The translations under genes were made by a program, and so were the position numbers. Below the pieces are notes generated by a model. The model did no database searches and was not told where the DNA came from. It worked only from the letters and a program-made list of their open reading frames with translations. From assembly GCF_001194135.2 (NCBI RefSeq), contig NC_068981.1:68423402-68474541 (forward strand): a stretch of DNA of 51,140 bases. The letters run 5' to 3'. This DNA comes from Octopus bimaculoides (taxonomy: Eukaryota). This document shows, in pieces, positions 50,942 through 51,140 of this stretch. Each line of letters opens with the position of its first letter. Positions within the stretch are counted from its first letter, which is position 1.

Positions 50942-51140
50942 TCAGTAGTTTTATTTTTATAACGTGCTTTCACTTCACTACCGAGCGCAGCTCTGTGCGC
51001 CTTGGGTATGTGCTGTGGTTTGCTGTGGTGCTCTTATGTTTACTGTATTGAAAGTGTTTTGCGTAGAATGTGTGCAGTACCCAGTAGTGCAATTTTCTGT
51101 ATGTTATATATATTTGTAAGTCCTGGTGTTTTTGTTATGT
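50942..51140 (-). mobile_element. R4/Dong-type (restriction-like endonuclease) LINE, ORF C-terminus and 3' UTR; runs off the window
   Basis: Minus strand reads ITKTPGLTNIYNIQKIALLGTAHILRKTLSIQ* (stop at 51040-51042). QKxxLLGTAHILRK is characteristic of R4/Dong/Rex6 ORF ends. A ~100-nt 3' UTR ends directly in (AAT)n. Confidence 0.82.

Overview
This is eukaryotic, AT-rich (about 30-35% GC by eye) DNA from a draft assembly, with 11 N-gaps, nearly all bordered by (TA)n or (CA)n tracts. The repeat families and microsatellite density resemble a cephalopod genome, most likely Octopus; this is an inference from recalled repeat consensus sequences, not a database hit. No intact protein-coding gene, RNA gene or CRISPR array is supported, so the window looks like intron or intergenic space. 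It holds three tRNA-derived SINE types, two CR1-type LINE fragments, Penelope-like fragments, two mariner transposons, a LINE 3' UTR with three regularly spaced hairpins, two copies of a ~550 bp element embedded in (AAT)n, and the 3' end of an R4/Dong-type LINE. Most ORFs in the supplied track are microsatellite or gap artefacts. The best lead is a ~1.4 kb microsatellite-free, GC-raised, stop-depleted decayed reading frame (41692-43077, minus) that matches no transposon motif I know and may be an endogenous viral capsid fragment. A few isolated splice-site-bounded candidate exons are listed at low confidence.
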